NCBI RefSeq assembly: GCF_054482595.1
Contig: NZ_CM137008.1
Length of the DNA stretch: 64,000 nt
Reading direction: 5' to 3' (one strand)
This document shows, piece after piece, positions 30,529-44,277 of this stretch (the first letter of the stretch is position 1; the number at the start of each line of letters is the position of its first letter). Below the pieces are notes generated by a model that had not been told where the DNA came from, searched no databases, and saw nothing but the letters and a program-made list of their open reading frames with translations. The translations under genes and the position numbers were made by a program.

Positions 30529-31947
30529 ATGGTTACTATCAATACGGAATCTGCTTTAACGCCACGTTCTTTGCGTGATACGCGGCGTATGAATATGTTT
30601 GTTTCGGTAGCTGCTGCGGTCGCAGGATTGTTATTTGGTCTTGATATCGGCGTAATCGCCGGAGCGTTGCCGTTCATTACCGATCACTTTGTGCTGACCA
30701 GTCGTTTGCAGGAATGGGTGGTTAGTAGCATGATGCTCGGCGCAGCAATTGGTGCGCTGTTTAATGGTTGGCTGTCGTTCCGCCTGGGGCGTAAATACAG
30801 CCTGATGGCGGGGGCCATCCTGTTTGTGCTCGGCTCGATAGGGTCCGCTTTTGCGACCAGCGTAGAGATGTTAATCGCCGCTCGTGTGGTGCTGGGCATT
30901 GCTGTCGGGATCGCCTCTTACACCGCTCCTCTGTATCTTTCTGAAATGGCAAGTGAAAACGTTCGCGGTAAGATGATCAGTATGTACCAGTTGATGGTCA
31001 CACTCGGCATCGTGCTGGCGTTTTTATCCGATACAGCGTTCAGTTATAGCGGTAACTGGCGCGCAATGTTGGGGGTTCTTGCTTTACCAGCAGTCCTGCT
31101 GATTATTCTGGTGGTCTTCCTGCCAAATAGCCCGCGCTGGCTGGCGGAAAAGGGGCGTCATATTGAGGCGGAAGAAGTGTTGCGTATGCTGCGCGATACG
31201 TCGGAAAAAGCGCGAGAAGAACTCAACGAAATTCGTGAAAGCCTGAAGTTAAAACAGGGCGGTTGGGCACTGTTTAAGATCAACCGTAACGTCCGTCGTG
31301 CTGTGTTTCTCGGTATGTTGTTGCAGGCGATGCAGCAGTTTACCGGTATGAACATCATCATGTACTACGCGCCGCGTATCTTCAAAATGGCGGGCTTTAC
31401 GACCACAGAACAACAGATGATTGCGACTCTGGTCGTGGGGCTGACCTTTATGTTCGCTACTTTTATTGCGGTGTTTACGGTAGATAAAGCCGGGCGTAAG
31501 CCGGCTCTGAAAATTGGTTTCAGCGTGATGGCGTTAGGCACTCTGGTGCTGGGTTACTGCCTGATGCAGTTTGATAACGGTACGGCTTCCAGTGGCTTGT
31601 CCTGGCTCTCTGTTGGCATGACGATGATGTGTATTGCCGGTTATGCGATGAGCGCCGCGCCAGTGGTGTGGATCCTGTGCTCTGAAATTCAGCCGCTGAA
31701 ATGCCGCGATTTCGGTATTACCTGTTCGACCACCACGAACTGGGTGTCGAATATGATTATCGGCGCGACCTTCCTGACGCTGCTCGACAGCATTGGCGCT
31801 GCCGGTACGTTCTGGCTCTACACTGCGCTGAACATTGCGTTTGTGGGCATCACTTTCTGGCTCATTCCGGAAACCAAAAATGTCACCCTGGAACATATCG
31901 AACGCAAACTGATGGCAGGCGAGAAGTTGAGAAATATCGGCGTCTGA
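30529..31947 (+). CDS. araE: Arabinose:H+ symporter
   Basis: 472-aa MFS sugar transporter beginning [33 protein letters not shown]; the ORF-track start at 30400 is an upstream extension. Confidence 0.95.
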   Translation: MVTINTESALTPRSLRDTRRMNMFVSVAAAVAGLLFGLDIGVIAGALPFITDHFVLTSRLQEWVVSSMMLGAAIGALFNGWLSFRLGRKYSLMAGAILFVLGSIGSAFATSVEMLIAARVVLGIAVGIASYTAPLYLSEMASENVRGKMISMYQLMVTLGIVLAFLSDTAFSYSGNWRAMLGVLALPAVLLIILVVFLPNSPRWLAEKGRHIEAEEVLRMLRDTSEKAREELNEIRESLKLKQGGWALFKINRNVRRAVFLGMLLQAMQQFTGMNIIMYYAPRIFKMAGFTTTEQQMIATLVVGLTFMFATFIAVFTVDKAGRKPALKIGFSVMALGTLVLGYCLMQFDNGTASSGLSWLSVGMTMMCIAGYAMSAAPVVWILCSEIQPLKCRDFGITCSTTTNWVSNMIIGATFLTLLDSIGAAGTFWLYTALNIAFVGITFWLIPETKNVTLEHIERKLMAGEKLRNIGV

Positions 31948-31953
31948 TTTCAC

Positions 31954-31987
31954 GGGCCGGATGTGCTGTACATCCGGCCCTTTTTTC
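31954..31987 (+). terminator. Rho-independent terminator of araE
   Basis: GGGCCGGATGTGCTGTACATCCGGCCC followed by TTTTTT. Confidence 0.65.
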
Positions 31988-32075
31988 GTTAATAGAGATT
32001 GGGCACCTGGCCGTTGAGGCGTTTGTCTCGTTCCTTATTCAGCCTTGTTGCGGTAACACACATCAGGAGAGAGGA

Positions 32076-32768
32076 ATGAAAACAATTGGTTTGCTGGGAG
32101 GAATGAGCTGGGAATCCACTATTCCTTACTATCGTTTGATAAATGAAGGCATTAAACAGCGGCTTGGTGGGCTTCACTCTGCGCAAGTGCTGCTACATAG
32201 CGTCGATTTTCATGAAATAGAAGAGTGCCAGCGTCACGGGGAATGGGATAAAACCGGGGACATTCTGGCTGAGGCGGCGCTTGGCTTACAGCGGGCGGGC
32301 GCAGAAGGTATTGTGTTATGTACCAATACGATGCATAAAGTGGCGGATGCCATTGAGTCACGTTGCACTCTGCCTTTCTTACACATTGCGGATGCCACCG
32401 GACGTGCAATTACCGGGGCCGGAATGACTCGTGTGGCGCTGCTGGGTACGCGTTACACCATGGAACAGGATTTTTATCGCGGGCGGCTGACAGAACAATT
32501 TGCCATCAATTGTCTTATTCCTGAAGCGGATGAACGGGCGAAAATTAATCAGATTATTTTTGAAGAACTGTGTCTGGGGCAATTTACCGAAGCGTCACGC
32601 GCTTATTATGCGCAAGTGATTGCTCGCCTTGCAGAACAGGGCGCACAGGGCGTCATTTTTGGCTGCACAGAAATTGGTTTACTGGTGCCAGAAGAGCGCA
32701 GTGTTTTGCCTGTGTTTGATACTGCGGCGATCCATGCCGAGGATGCTGTCGCTTTTATGCTGTCGTAG
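32076..32768 (+). CDS. ygeA: Amino-acid racemase (Asp/Glu racemase family)
   Basis: 230-aa protein starting [37 protein letters not shown] upstream. Confidence 0.85.
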   Translation: MKTIGLLGGMSWESTIPYYRLINEGIKQRLGGLHSAQVLLHSVDFHEIEECQRHGEWDKTGDILAEAALGLQRAGAEGIVLCTNTMHKVADAIESRCTLPFLHIADATGRAITGAGMTRVALLGTRYTMEQDFYRGRLTEQFAINCLIPEADERAKINQIIFEELCLGQFTEASRAYYAQVIARLAEQGAQGVIFGCTEIGLLVPEERSVLPVFDTAAIHAEDAVAFMLS

Positions 32769-33690
32769 CTGACGACAAAATAGCGTCAAGAGAAGTGACC
32801 AGTTTCGGTAAACCCGCTTGTAAATGCTCACTAAACGCCTGCACCAGCGCTGATGACGGGCGGTGCAGGGGGCGGATCAGGCTGACGGTGAACGGAACCG
32901 CAATACTGAACCGCCGCACCACTAAACCGCTTGCCGCATAATCCAGTGCGGTGAGCGGGTTAACCACCGAAACACCTACCCCCGCCCGTACCATTGCGCA
33001 CACTGACGCGGCGCTGTGGGTTTCTACGATCATGCGTCGTTTAACCTGATGTTCAGTAAATAGCTGATCCAGCAACTGGCGATAGCTGTCAGTACGGGAA
33101 AGGCTGATGTAGTTCTCACCCTGAAAATCATCCGGCGTTAATACCTTTTTTATCGCCAGCGGATGACCCGGAGGTAACACACACACTTCATCTAAAGAGA
33201 GTAATTCGGTACGTTCTGTTCCCGCAGGCGTATGGAGTGTCTCAGTGAGTCCTAAATCATGACGCTGGGCCGAGAGCCACTCTTCAAGTAGCGGTGATTC
33301 CTGGGGCACGATATTTAAGCTGACATCGGGATAACGTGCCAGAAAGGGTTGCAGGAGCTGCGGTAAAAAAGATTGCGAAAAGACCGGCAGGCAGGCAATA
33401 GACAGTTCTCCCTGGCGAAACTCGCGCAGACTTTCTGCGGCGCTGACAATGCGATCCAGTCCGTACCAGGATCGTTGCACTTCTTCAAACAGACGCAGTC
33501 CTTGCACGGTAGGATGTAATCGTCCACGTACGCGCTCAAACAATTTCAGCCCGATCACCTTCTCAAAGCGCGCCAGTTCGCGGCTGACGGTTGGCTGTGA
33601 GGTGTGTAGCAGGTGTGCTGCCTCAGTCAGGCTTCCGGCGGTCATTACCGCATGAAAAATTTCAATATGACGTAAGTTAACGGCGGCCAT
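32755..33690 (-). CDS. lysR: LysR transcriptional activator of lysA
   Basis: 311-aa LTTR ([43 protein letters not shown]...), divergent from lysA. Confidence 0.9.
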   Translation of the reverse strand: MAAVNLRHIEIFHAVMTAGSLTEAAHLLHTSQPTVSRELARFEKVIGLKLFERVRGRLHPTVQGLRLFEEVQRSWYGLDRIVSAAESLREFRQGELSIACLPVFSQSFLPQLLQPFLARYPDVSLNIVPQESPLLEEWLSAQRHDLGLTETLHTPAGTERTELLSLDEVCVLPPGHPLAIKKVLTPDDFQGENYISLSRTDSYRQLLDQLFTEHQVKRRMIVETHSAASVCAMVRAGVGVSVVNPLTALDYAASGLVVRRFSIAVPFTVSLIRPLHRPSSALVQAFSEHLQAGLPKLVTSLDAILSSATTA

Positions 33691-33811
33691 TAGCGCTCTC
33701 TCGCAATCCGGTAATCCATATCATTTTTGCATAGACTCGACATAAATCGATATTTTTTATTCTTTTTATGATGTGGCGTAATCATAAAAAAGCACTTATC
33801 TGGAGTTTGCT

Positions 33812-35074
33812 ATGCCACATTCACTGTTCAGCACCGATACCGCTCTCACCGCCGAAAATCTGCTGCGTTTGCCCGCTGAATTTGGCTGCCCGGTGTGGGT
33901 CTACGATGCGCAAATTATTCGTCGGCAGATTGCAGCGCTGAAACAGTTTGATGTGGTGCGCTTTGCACAGAAAGCCTGTTCCAATATTCATATTTTGCGC
34001 TTAATGCGTGAGCAGGGCGTGAAAGTGGATTCCGTCTCGTTAGGCGAAATAGAGCGTGCGTTGGCGGCGGGTTACAATCCGCAAACGCACCCCGATGATA
34101 TTGTTTTTACGGCAGATGTTATCGATCGGGCGACGCTTGAACGCGTCAGTGAATTGCAAATTCCGGTGAATGCGGGTTCTGTTGATATGCTCGACCAACT
34201 GGGCCAGGTTTCGCCAGGGCATCGGGTATGGCTGCGCGTTAACCCGGGGTTTGGTCACGGACATAGCCAAAAAACCAATACCGGTGGCGAAAACAGCAAG
34301 CACGGTATCTGGTACACCGATCTGCCCGCCGCACTGGACGTGATACAACGTCATCATCTGCAGCTGGTCGGCATTCACATGCACATTGGTTCTGGCGTTG
34401 ATTATGCCCATCTGGAACAGGTGTGTGGTGCGATGGTGCGTCAGGTCCTCGAATTCGGTCAGGATTTACAGGCTATTTCTGCGGGCGGTGGGCTTTCTGT
34501 TCCTTATCAACAGGGTGAAGAGGCGGTTGATACCGAACATTATTATGGTCTGTGGAATGCCGCGCGTGAGCAAATTGCCCGCCATTTGGGCCACCCTGTG
34601 AAACTGGAAATTGAACCGGGTCGCTTCCTGGTAGCGCAGTCTGGCGTATTAATTACTCAGGTGCGGAGCGTCAAACAAATGGGTAGCCGCCACTTTGTGC
34701 TTGTTGATGCCGGGTTCAACGATCTGATGCGCCCGGCAATGTACGGTAGTTACCACCATATCAGTGCTCTGGCAGCTGATGGTCGTTCTCTGGAACACGC
34801 GCCAACGGTGGAAACCGTCGTCGCCGGGCCGTTATGTGAATCGGGCGATGTCTTTACCCAGCAGGAAGGGGGAAATGTCGAAACCCGCGCCTTGCCGGAA
34901 GTGAAGGCGGGTGATTATCTGGTACTGCATGATACAGGGGCATATGGCGCATCAATGTCATCCAACTACAACAGCCGTCCGCTGTTACCAGAAGTTCTGT
35001 TTGATAATGGTCAGGCGCGGTTGATTCGCCGTCGCCAGACCATCGAAGAATTACTGGCGCTGGAATTGCTTTAA
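33812..35074 (+). CDS. lysA: Diaminopimelate decarboxylase
   Basis: 420-aa PLP-dependent decarboxylase. Confidence 0.95.
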   Translation: MPHSLFSTDTALTAENLLRLPAEFGCPVWVYDAQIIRRQIAALKQFDVVRFAQKACSNIHILRLMREQGVKVDSVSLGEIERALAAGYNPQTHPDDIVFTADVIDRATLERVSELQIPVNAGSVDMLDQLGQVSPGHRVWLRVNPGFGHGHSQKTNTGGENSKHGIWYTDLPAALDVIQRHHLQLVGIHMHIGSGVDYAHLEQVCGAMVRQVLEFGQDLQAISAGGGLSVPYQQGEEAVDTEHYYGLWNAAREQIARHLGHPVKLEIEPGRFLVAQSGVLITQVRSVKQMGSRHFVLVDAGFNDLMRPAMYGSYHHISALAADGRSLEHAPTVETVVAGPLCESGDVFTQQEGGNVETRALPEVKAGDYLVLHDTGAYGASMSSNYNSRPLLPEVLFDNGQARLIRRRQTIEELLALELL

Positions 35075-35080
35075 CTGCGG

Positions 35081-36112
35081 TTAGTCGCTGGTTGCATGAT
35101 GACTTGCCTCCAGCGACGGAGTTGACACTGAATGGCGACGTACCAGCGTCGGACTAAAGACATTAGTGATTTCCGGGAGAGGGCGATTATCCGCCAGCGC
35201 CAAAGCCAGTTCGGCAGCCTGGGTCGCCATCGTCACGATTGGATAACGCACGGTGGTCAGGCGCGGTCGCACATAGCGTGACACCAGCACATCATCAAAG
35301 CCAATTAACGAAATTTCGCCCGGTACATCAATACCATTATCATTGAGAACGCCCATCGCACCCGCCGCCATTGAATCGTTATAACAGGCTACCGCAGTGA
35401 AATTTCTTCCTCGTCCCAAAAGCTCGGTCATTGCCTGTTCGCCGCCGCTTTCGTCTGGTTCGCCAAATGTCACCAGCCGATCATTGGCCGGAATACCACT
35501 TTCAGCAAGGGCATCGTAATACCCTTGCAGACGATCTTCGGCGTCAGAAATAGAGTGGTTAGAGCACAGATAACCAATGCGGGTATGACCTTGCTGAATT
35601 AAATGACGCGTTGCCAGCCAGGCACCGTAACGATCGTCAAGAGCAATACAACGGTTTTCAAAGCCAGGCAGGATACGGTTGATCAGCACCATACCGGGCA
35701 TTTGTTTCATTAATGAGGCTAAATCGGCATCCGGGATCATTTTGGCATGGACGACCAACGCAGCACAGCGATGGCGGATCAGTTGCTCAATAGCCTGACG
35801 CTCTTTTTGTTCGTTGTGGTAACCGTTGCCAATCAATAAGAAATTACCGGTGTGATAAGCCACCTGTTCGACCGCTTTCACCATTGCACCGAAAAACGGA
35901 TCGGAAACATCACCAACGACCAGACCGACCGTTTCAGTGGTCTGCTGCGCCAGCGCACGGGCGTTGGCGTTCGGGTGATAGCTAAGAGACTCCATTGCAC
36001 TATGCACAGCCAGCCGGGAAGCTTCGCTGGCTTTGGGTGAATTATTAATGACGCGGGAAACGGTGGCGACTGAAACGCCTGCCAGTCGGGCTACATCCTT
36101 TATGGTCGCCAT
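35081..36112 (-). CDS. galR: Galactose repressor (LacI family)
   Basis: 343 aa; MATIKDVARLAGVSVATVSRVINNSPKASEASR... HTH. Confidence 0.95.
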   Translation of the reverse strand: MATIKDVARLAGVSVATVSRVINNSPKASEASRLAVHSAMESLSYHPNANARALAQQTTETVGLVVGDVSDPFFGAMVKAVEQVAYHTGNFLLIGNGYHNEQKERQAIEQLIRHRCAALVVHAKMIPDADLASLMKQMPGMVLINRILPGFENRCIALDDRYGAWLATRHLIQQGHTRIGYLCSNHSISDAEDRLQGYYDALAESGIPANDRLVTFGEPDESGGEQAMTELLGRGRNFTAVACYNDSMAAGAMGVLNDNGIDVPGEISLIGFDDVLVSRYVRPRLTTVRYPIVTMATQAAELALALADNRPLPEITNVFSPTLVRRHSVSTPSLEASHHATSD

Positions 36113-36325
36113 GAAAATACCTTAGTGGGTAAACGCTTACATTCTTTCAGTGTTACGGAAAACGTCCGTTGGTTCAAGGGGTGGCGTGTTTTCATCGTGG
36201 GAATGTGAGCCAAACGCAAATAAGTAAGACAAAAAAAGAGATTGCAAACCTTTGGTTACACTTTGCGAAACGCTGTTGCGATTGACCGCTGGTGACGTTT
36301 GGCTTCAGGTTGCTAAAGTGGTGAT

Positions 36326-36408
36326 CCCAGAGGTATTGATAGGTGAAGTCAACTTCGGGTTGAGCACATGAATTACACCAGCCTGCGCAGATGCGCAGGT
36401 TTTTTTTT
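36326..36408 (+). ncRNA. omrA: Small RNA OmrA
   Basis: CCCAGAGGTATTGATAGGTGAAGTC... ending in a GC hairpin and T-run. Confidence 0.85.
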
Positions 36409-36522
36409 GCCGGTCATCAATCTGTAACAGTAACCGACAATTTACACACCTCGTTGCATTTCCCTTCATTCCTTTGCGTTTTCTCGCTGGCGAAGAGTCG
36501 TCGTGCAGACCACAATCAAGAT

Positions 36523-36610
36523 CCCAGAGGTATTGATTGGTGAGATTATTCGGTACGCTCTTCGTACCCTGTCTCTTGCACCAACCTGCGCGGATGCGCA
36601 GGTTTTTTTT
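36523..36610 (+). ncRNA. omrB: Small RNA OmrB
   Basis: CCCAGAGGTATTGATTGGTGAGATTATTCGG... with terminator hairpin and T8; tandem paralogue of OmrA. Confidence 0.85.
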
Positions 36611-36676
36611 CGCACCTAATTTACTGTCGCTCGCGTTCTTTATCTCGTGTAATCTCCCTCCATTCGCTTTTACTGA

Positions 36677-40043
<3,367 letters not shown>

Positions 40044-40048
40044 TATTT

Positions 40049-40070
40049 AACGCCGGTTTTAACCGGCGTT
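40049..40070. terminator. Bidirectional hairpin between lplT and tas
   Basis: AACGCCGGTTTTAACCGGCGTT. Confidence 0.5.
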
Positions 40071-40074
40071 AATC

Positions 40075-41115
40075 TTATGGTGCAGGATACGTATAAACCT
40101 GATGCACCGCTTCAATTTCAGCTAATACGTCTTCGCTCAACTCCAGATGCAAACTTTCGACGTTAGTTTTCAGCTGCTCCATCGTGGTTGCGCCCAGCAG
40201 AGTGCTGGCAACAAACGGTTGACGACGTACAAAAGCGAGCGCCATCTGAGCAGGATCCAGGCCATGACGTCTGGCGATATCAACATACGCCGCGACGGCT
40301 TTTTGCGTTTGCTCACCGCTATAGCGGGTGAACCGACTAAAGAGCGTATTACGTGCGCCAGCGGGTTTTGCACCATTGAGATATTTCCCGGTCAGCGTGC
40401 CGAAACCCAGGCACGAATAGGCCAGCAGTTCGACCCCTTCATACTGGCTGACTTCTGCCAGACCTACTTCAAAACTGCGGTTTAACAGACTGTAAGGGTT
40501 CTGAATGGTGACAATACGCGGCAGATCGTGTTTGTCCGCCAGATGCAGGTAGCGCATTACGCCAAATGCAGTTTCGTTCGACACGCCGATATAACGAATT
40601 TTTCCCGCTCGTTGGTACTCTGCCAGTGCGTCCAGCGTATCCAGCAGCGAAACCGCAGGCGCAGAATCTGTCCAGCTATAACCGAGTTTGCCGAAGCAGT
40701 TGGTTGGGCGCTGCGGCCAGTGCACCTGATAAAGATCGAGGTAATCAGTCTGCAGACGCTTGAGGCTGTCATGCAGCGCTTCGCGGATATTCTTCCGATC
40801 CAGCGCCTGATCCGGGCGGATGCCCTTGTCATTATTGCGCGACGGTCCGCTCACTTTGGAGGCGATAATTAACTTTTCGCGGCTGCCATGTTTCGCCAGC
40901 CAGTTGCCGACGTAGGTTTCGGTTAACCCTTGCGTTTCGGGGCGCGGAGGTACTGGGTACATTTCGGCAACGTCGATAAGGTTAATGCCCTGAGCGACGG
41001 CATAGTCGAGTTGTGCGTGGGCGTCGGCTTCGCTGTTCTGTTCACCAAACGTCATCGTGCCAAGCCCCAGCGTGCTGACTTCCAGCGAACTGTGGGGTAT
41101 ACGGTGATATTGCAT
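40075..41115 (-). CDS. tas: Aldo-keto reductase Tas
   Basis: 346-aa AKR-family protein. Confidence 0.9.
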   Translation of the reverse strand: MQYHRIPHSSLEVSTLGLGTMTFGEQNSEADAHAQLDYAVAQGINLIDVAEMYPVPPRPETQGLTETYVGNWLAKHGSREKLIIASKVSGPSRNNDKGIRPDQALDRKNIREALHDSLKRLQTDYLDLYQVHWPQRPTNCFGKLGYSWTDSAPAVSLLDTLDALAEYQRAGKIRYIGVSNETAFGVMRYLHLADKHDLPRIVTIQNPYSLLNRSFEVGLAEVSQYEGVELLAYSCLGFGTLTGKYLNGAKPAGARNTLFSRFTRYSGEQTQKAVAAYVDIARRHGLDPAQMALAFVRRQPFVASTLLGATTMEQLKTNVESLHLELSEDVLAEIEAVHQVYTYPAP

Positions 41116-41222
41116 AGCCGTTTCCTTTTTATAATCACGACATAAGGAATATAAAAATGGCAGAGGGAAGGGAAAAGGGAAAGAGAAAAATCTTAAGGCC
41201 AGCCGGATGCTGACCTTATTTG

Positions 41223-41441
41223 TTAACGTTCAATTATTTGCGAAACATCATCACGGTTAATTTGCATCGCGTTACCTTGCTGATCGTGATAACTCACCAG
41301 CCCGGTATCATCATCAATTTCAGGTTTTCCATCGGTCAAAATCATACGGCCATCTTTGGTCGCCATGACGTAATCACTGGAACACCCGGAAACAGCAAAC
41401 GCCAGTCCGACTGCAGAAATTATTACTGCCCATTTTTTCAT
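41223..41441 (-). CDS. ygdR: Small lipoprotein
   Basis: 72 aa, lipobox VSGCSS. Confidence 0.8.
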
Positions 41442-41578
41442 CCGGTTATCCTCATTTGGCCCACCTATGATAATAGTCTGTTTATAAACCGACGTTATAT
41501 ATCTTGAAAGCAGGAAAATCTTAAACTGTGAGGGTAACAGGAGTGAGTACGCCCTCCCGCAGGAGAGCGTACGGAGTA

Positions 41579-42292
41579 TCAGAGCGGATTCTTTTTGTTG
41601 CGAATCAGGTTGAGGCTTTCAACCGCAATAGAGAAGAACATCGCGAAGTAGATGTAACCTTTCGGTACGTGGATGTCGAAACTTTCCAGAATCAGGGTAA
41701 AGCCCACCAGAATCAGGAAAGAGAGAGCCAGCATTTTTACCGAAGGATGGCGTTCGACAAAATCACCAATCGAGCGCGCGGCGAACATCATCACGCCTAC
41801 GGCAATCACCACGGCTGCCATCATAATAAACAGGTGATCTGACAGACCCACAGCGGTAATCACTGAATCGAGGCTGAAGATAATATCCAGCAGCATAATC
41901 TGCACGATAGCGCCGAGGAATGATGAAACGCGTGTTTTCAGCCCTTCTTCTTCACCTTCAATGGATTCGTGGATTTCCTTGCTGGCTTTCCAGATAAGGA
42001 ACAAGCCACCCAGAAGCAGAATCAAGTCACGGGCAGAAATTTCCTGACTGAATATTGTAAAAAGCGGATTTGTCAGGCGCGTAACCCAGGCGATTGATGC
42101 CAGCAGCGCCAGACGCATAACCATGGCTCCCGCCAACCCCAGACGGCGCGCATGAGCACGTTGTGCTGTGGGAAGCTTTGCCACCACCAGAGAAAGGAAA
42201 ATAATATTGTCGATCCCAAGAACGATCTCCAGCAGCGTCAGCGTACCGAGCGCAAGCCAGGCGTTAGGATCGGTTATCCATGCAAATAACAT
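41579..42292 (-). CDS. ygdQ: TerC-family membrane protein
   Basis: 237-aa polytopic membrane protein. Confidence 0.85.
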
Positions 42293-42360
42293 CTAAAAAG
42301 CCCTGCCAAAAAAATGAAGCGGTAATTATATGCCCGGAAAGCGGCAGGTCAAAGCGATGG

Positions 42361-43050
42361 CTACTGGATCAGAAAATGACGGGCCAGCAGCGCACTGGTG
42401 AAATTTTTCTTCAAATAAAAGCCGCGCGGCAGCGTCAGAATCCGTTCGCCCCGGGCACCAATGGCTTCGGTAAGCGCTTTCGCATTCGCTGCTTTCGGTC
42501 GTATCTGTAAATACTCCCCGTGACGAGCGGTAATCCGCTCAACCTGACCGAGAACAATCATATCCATTAATTCTTCCCAGTCTTCGCGTAGCTGCCGGTC
42601 TTCCTCTTCATTCGGGCTCCACAGCAACGGTGATCCAACGCGACGCTGCGCCAGCGGGATGCTGCGCTCGCCTTCAACCGGTATCCACAGTACGCGTTTG
42701 AGTTTGTGGCGCACGTGGCTGGTTTCCCAGGTCACCCCGCTATTGCCCGTTAACGGGGCAACACAAACGAATGTTGTTTCCAGCGGACGACCAAGACTAT
42801 CCACAGGGATAGTTTTAAGTTCCACGCCCAGAGCAGCAAAATCTTGCTCAGGTTTACTCCCTGCGCTGGCACCTAGCCAGATCTCCAGTAACACGCCAAT
42901 CCAGCCCTTATCGCGTTTTAAATTCTCTGGCGTAACCAGCCCGGCAAGTGCCGCCAGTTCTCCCAATGTATAACCAGAAAGTTGCTGTGCTTGCGCTAAC
43001 AACTGTTCTTCAGTTTCGGGAGGAGAGAGCAGTGGGCGAGGTTGGGACAT
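42361..43050 (-). CDS. mutH: DNA mismatch repair endonuclease MutH
   Basis: 229 aa. Confidence 0.95.
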
Positions 43051-43734
43051 GTCATGATACCTTGGTTAAAAAACAAACAGCAATTATGTGCCGAATATTC
43101 GCAGTGTAACTTTTTCCACATGCGTTGTTCAATTCTCTGATTTATATTGCTTTTTAGGTTGCCGGTAATCGAGTTGCGCAACACTGCAACGGGTTTTCCA
43201 AATCTGGTCACTGAAAATAAACAGGATCTTACACCATGTTATCCACAGAAAGCTGGGATAACTGTGAAAAACCTCCACTACTGTTTCCATTTACAGCCTT
43301 GACGTGCGACGAAACTCCAGTTTTTAGTGGTTCAGTGCTTAACTTAGTGGCACATTCTGTGGATAAATACGGCATTGGTTGATCTTTCGCCAACCCGTAA
43401 ATGAGAGGTGTGACCTGGGTCACGAATTACTCTTTTTCATTACTTAAATTACATGTAATGCATTGACTGATAATGAATATTTTAAAATGTCTATATCGGG
43501 CTTATTCAGAATGCTCCGGGTTTTCCCGTAGTAATTCCGTAGTTCTTCACAACTCTATCCACAGAAAAGGTGAATAAAAACGGCTATCCACCCCTTCCTC
43601 TGTTTATAACTCTGCACATAACTGTGAGTTATTCAATTGTTATTAGTGTGTAATGCCCTGCAGAGAGTGGTTTACCGTCTTCCTGGAGTATGAAACAATC
43701 ATTCGTATATAAAGCTTTATATTGAGGTAGTCCG

Positions 43735-44265
43735 GTGATTGATGACGATGGCTACCGCCCAAACGTAGGTATCGTGATTTGTAATCGCCAGGGGCAGGTA
43801 ATGTGGGCCCGGCGATTTGGTCAGCACTCCTGGCAATTTCCGCAAGGCGGAATTAACCCCGGAGAATCCGCAGAGCAGGCGATGTACCGTGAATTGTTTG
43901 AAGAAGTAGGATTAAGCCGCAAAGACGTTCGAATCCTTGCTTCAACGCGTAACTGGTTGCGCTACAAATTACCGAAACGTTTGGTGCGTTGGGACACGAA
44001 GCCGGTTTGTATCGGCCAAAAACAAAAATGGTTTCTCTTGCAGCTGGTGAGCGGCGATGCAGAAATCAATATGCAAACCAGCAGTACACCAGAGTTTGAC
44101 GGCTGGCGATGGGTAAGTTACTGGTATCCGGTCAGACAGGTGGTGTCATTTAAACGTGATGTCTACCGTAGGGTAATGAAAGAGTTCGCGAGCGTGGTGA
44201 TGTCACTGCAGGAAAATACGCCAAAACCACAAAACGCATCTGCTTATCGACGTAAAAGAGGTTAA
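43735..44265 (+). CDS. rppH: RNA pyrophosphohydrolase (Nudix)
   Basis: 176 aa with Nudix box [22 protein letters not shown]. Confidence 0.95.
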
Positions 44266-44277
44266 GTCACGCCAATT

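Noticed and set aside
43229..43423. 64-aa minus-strand ORF in the 685-bp mutH-rppH intergenic region
   Set aside because: No convincing ribosome-binding site or recognisable domain; the region is a long divergent promoter region at this conserved locus; left unannotated.
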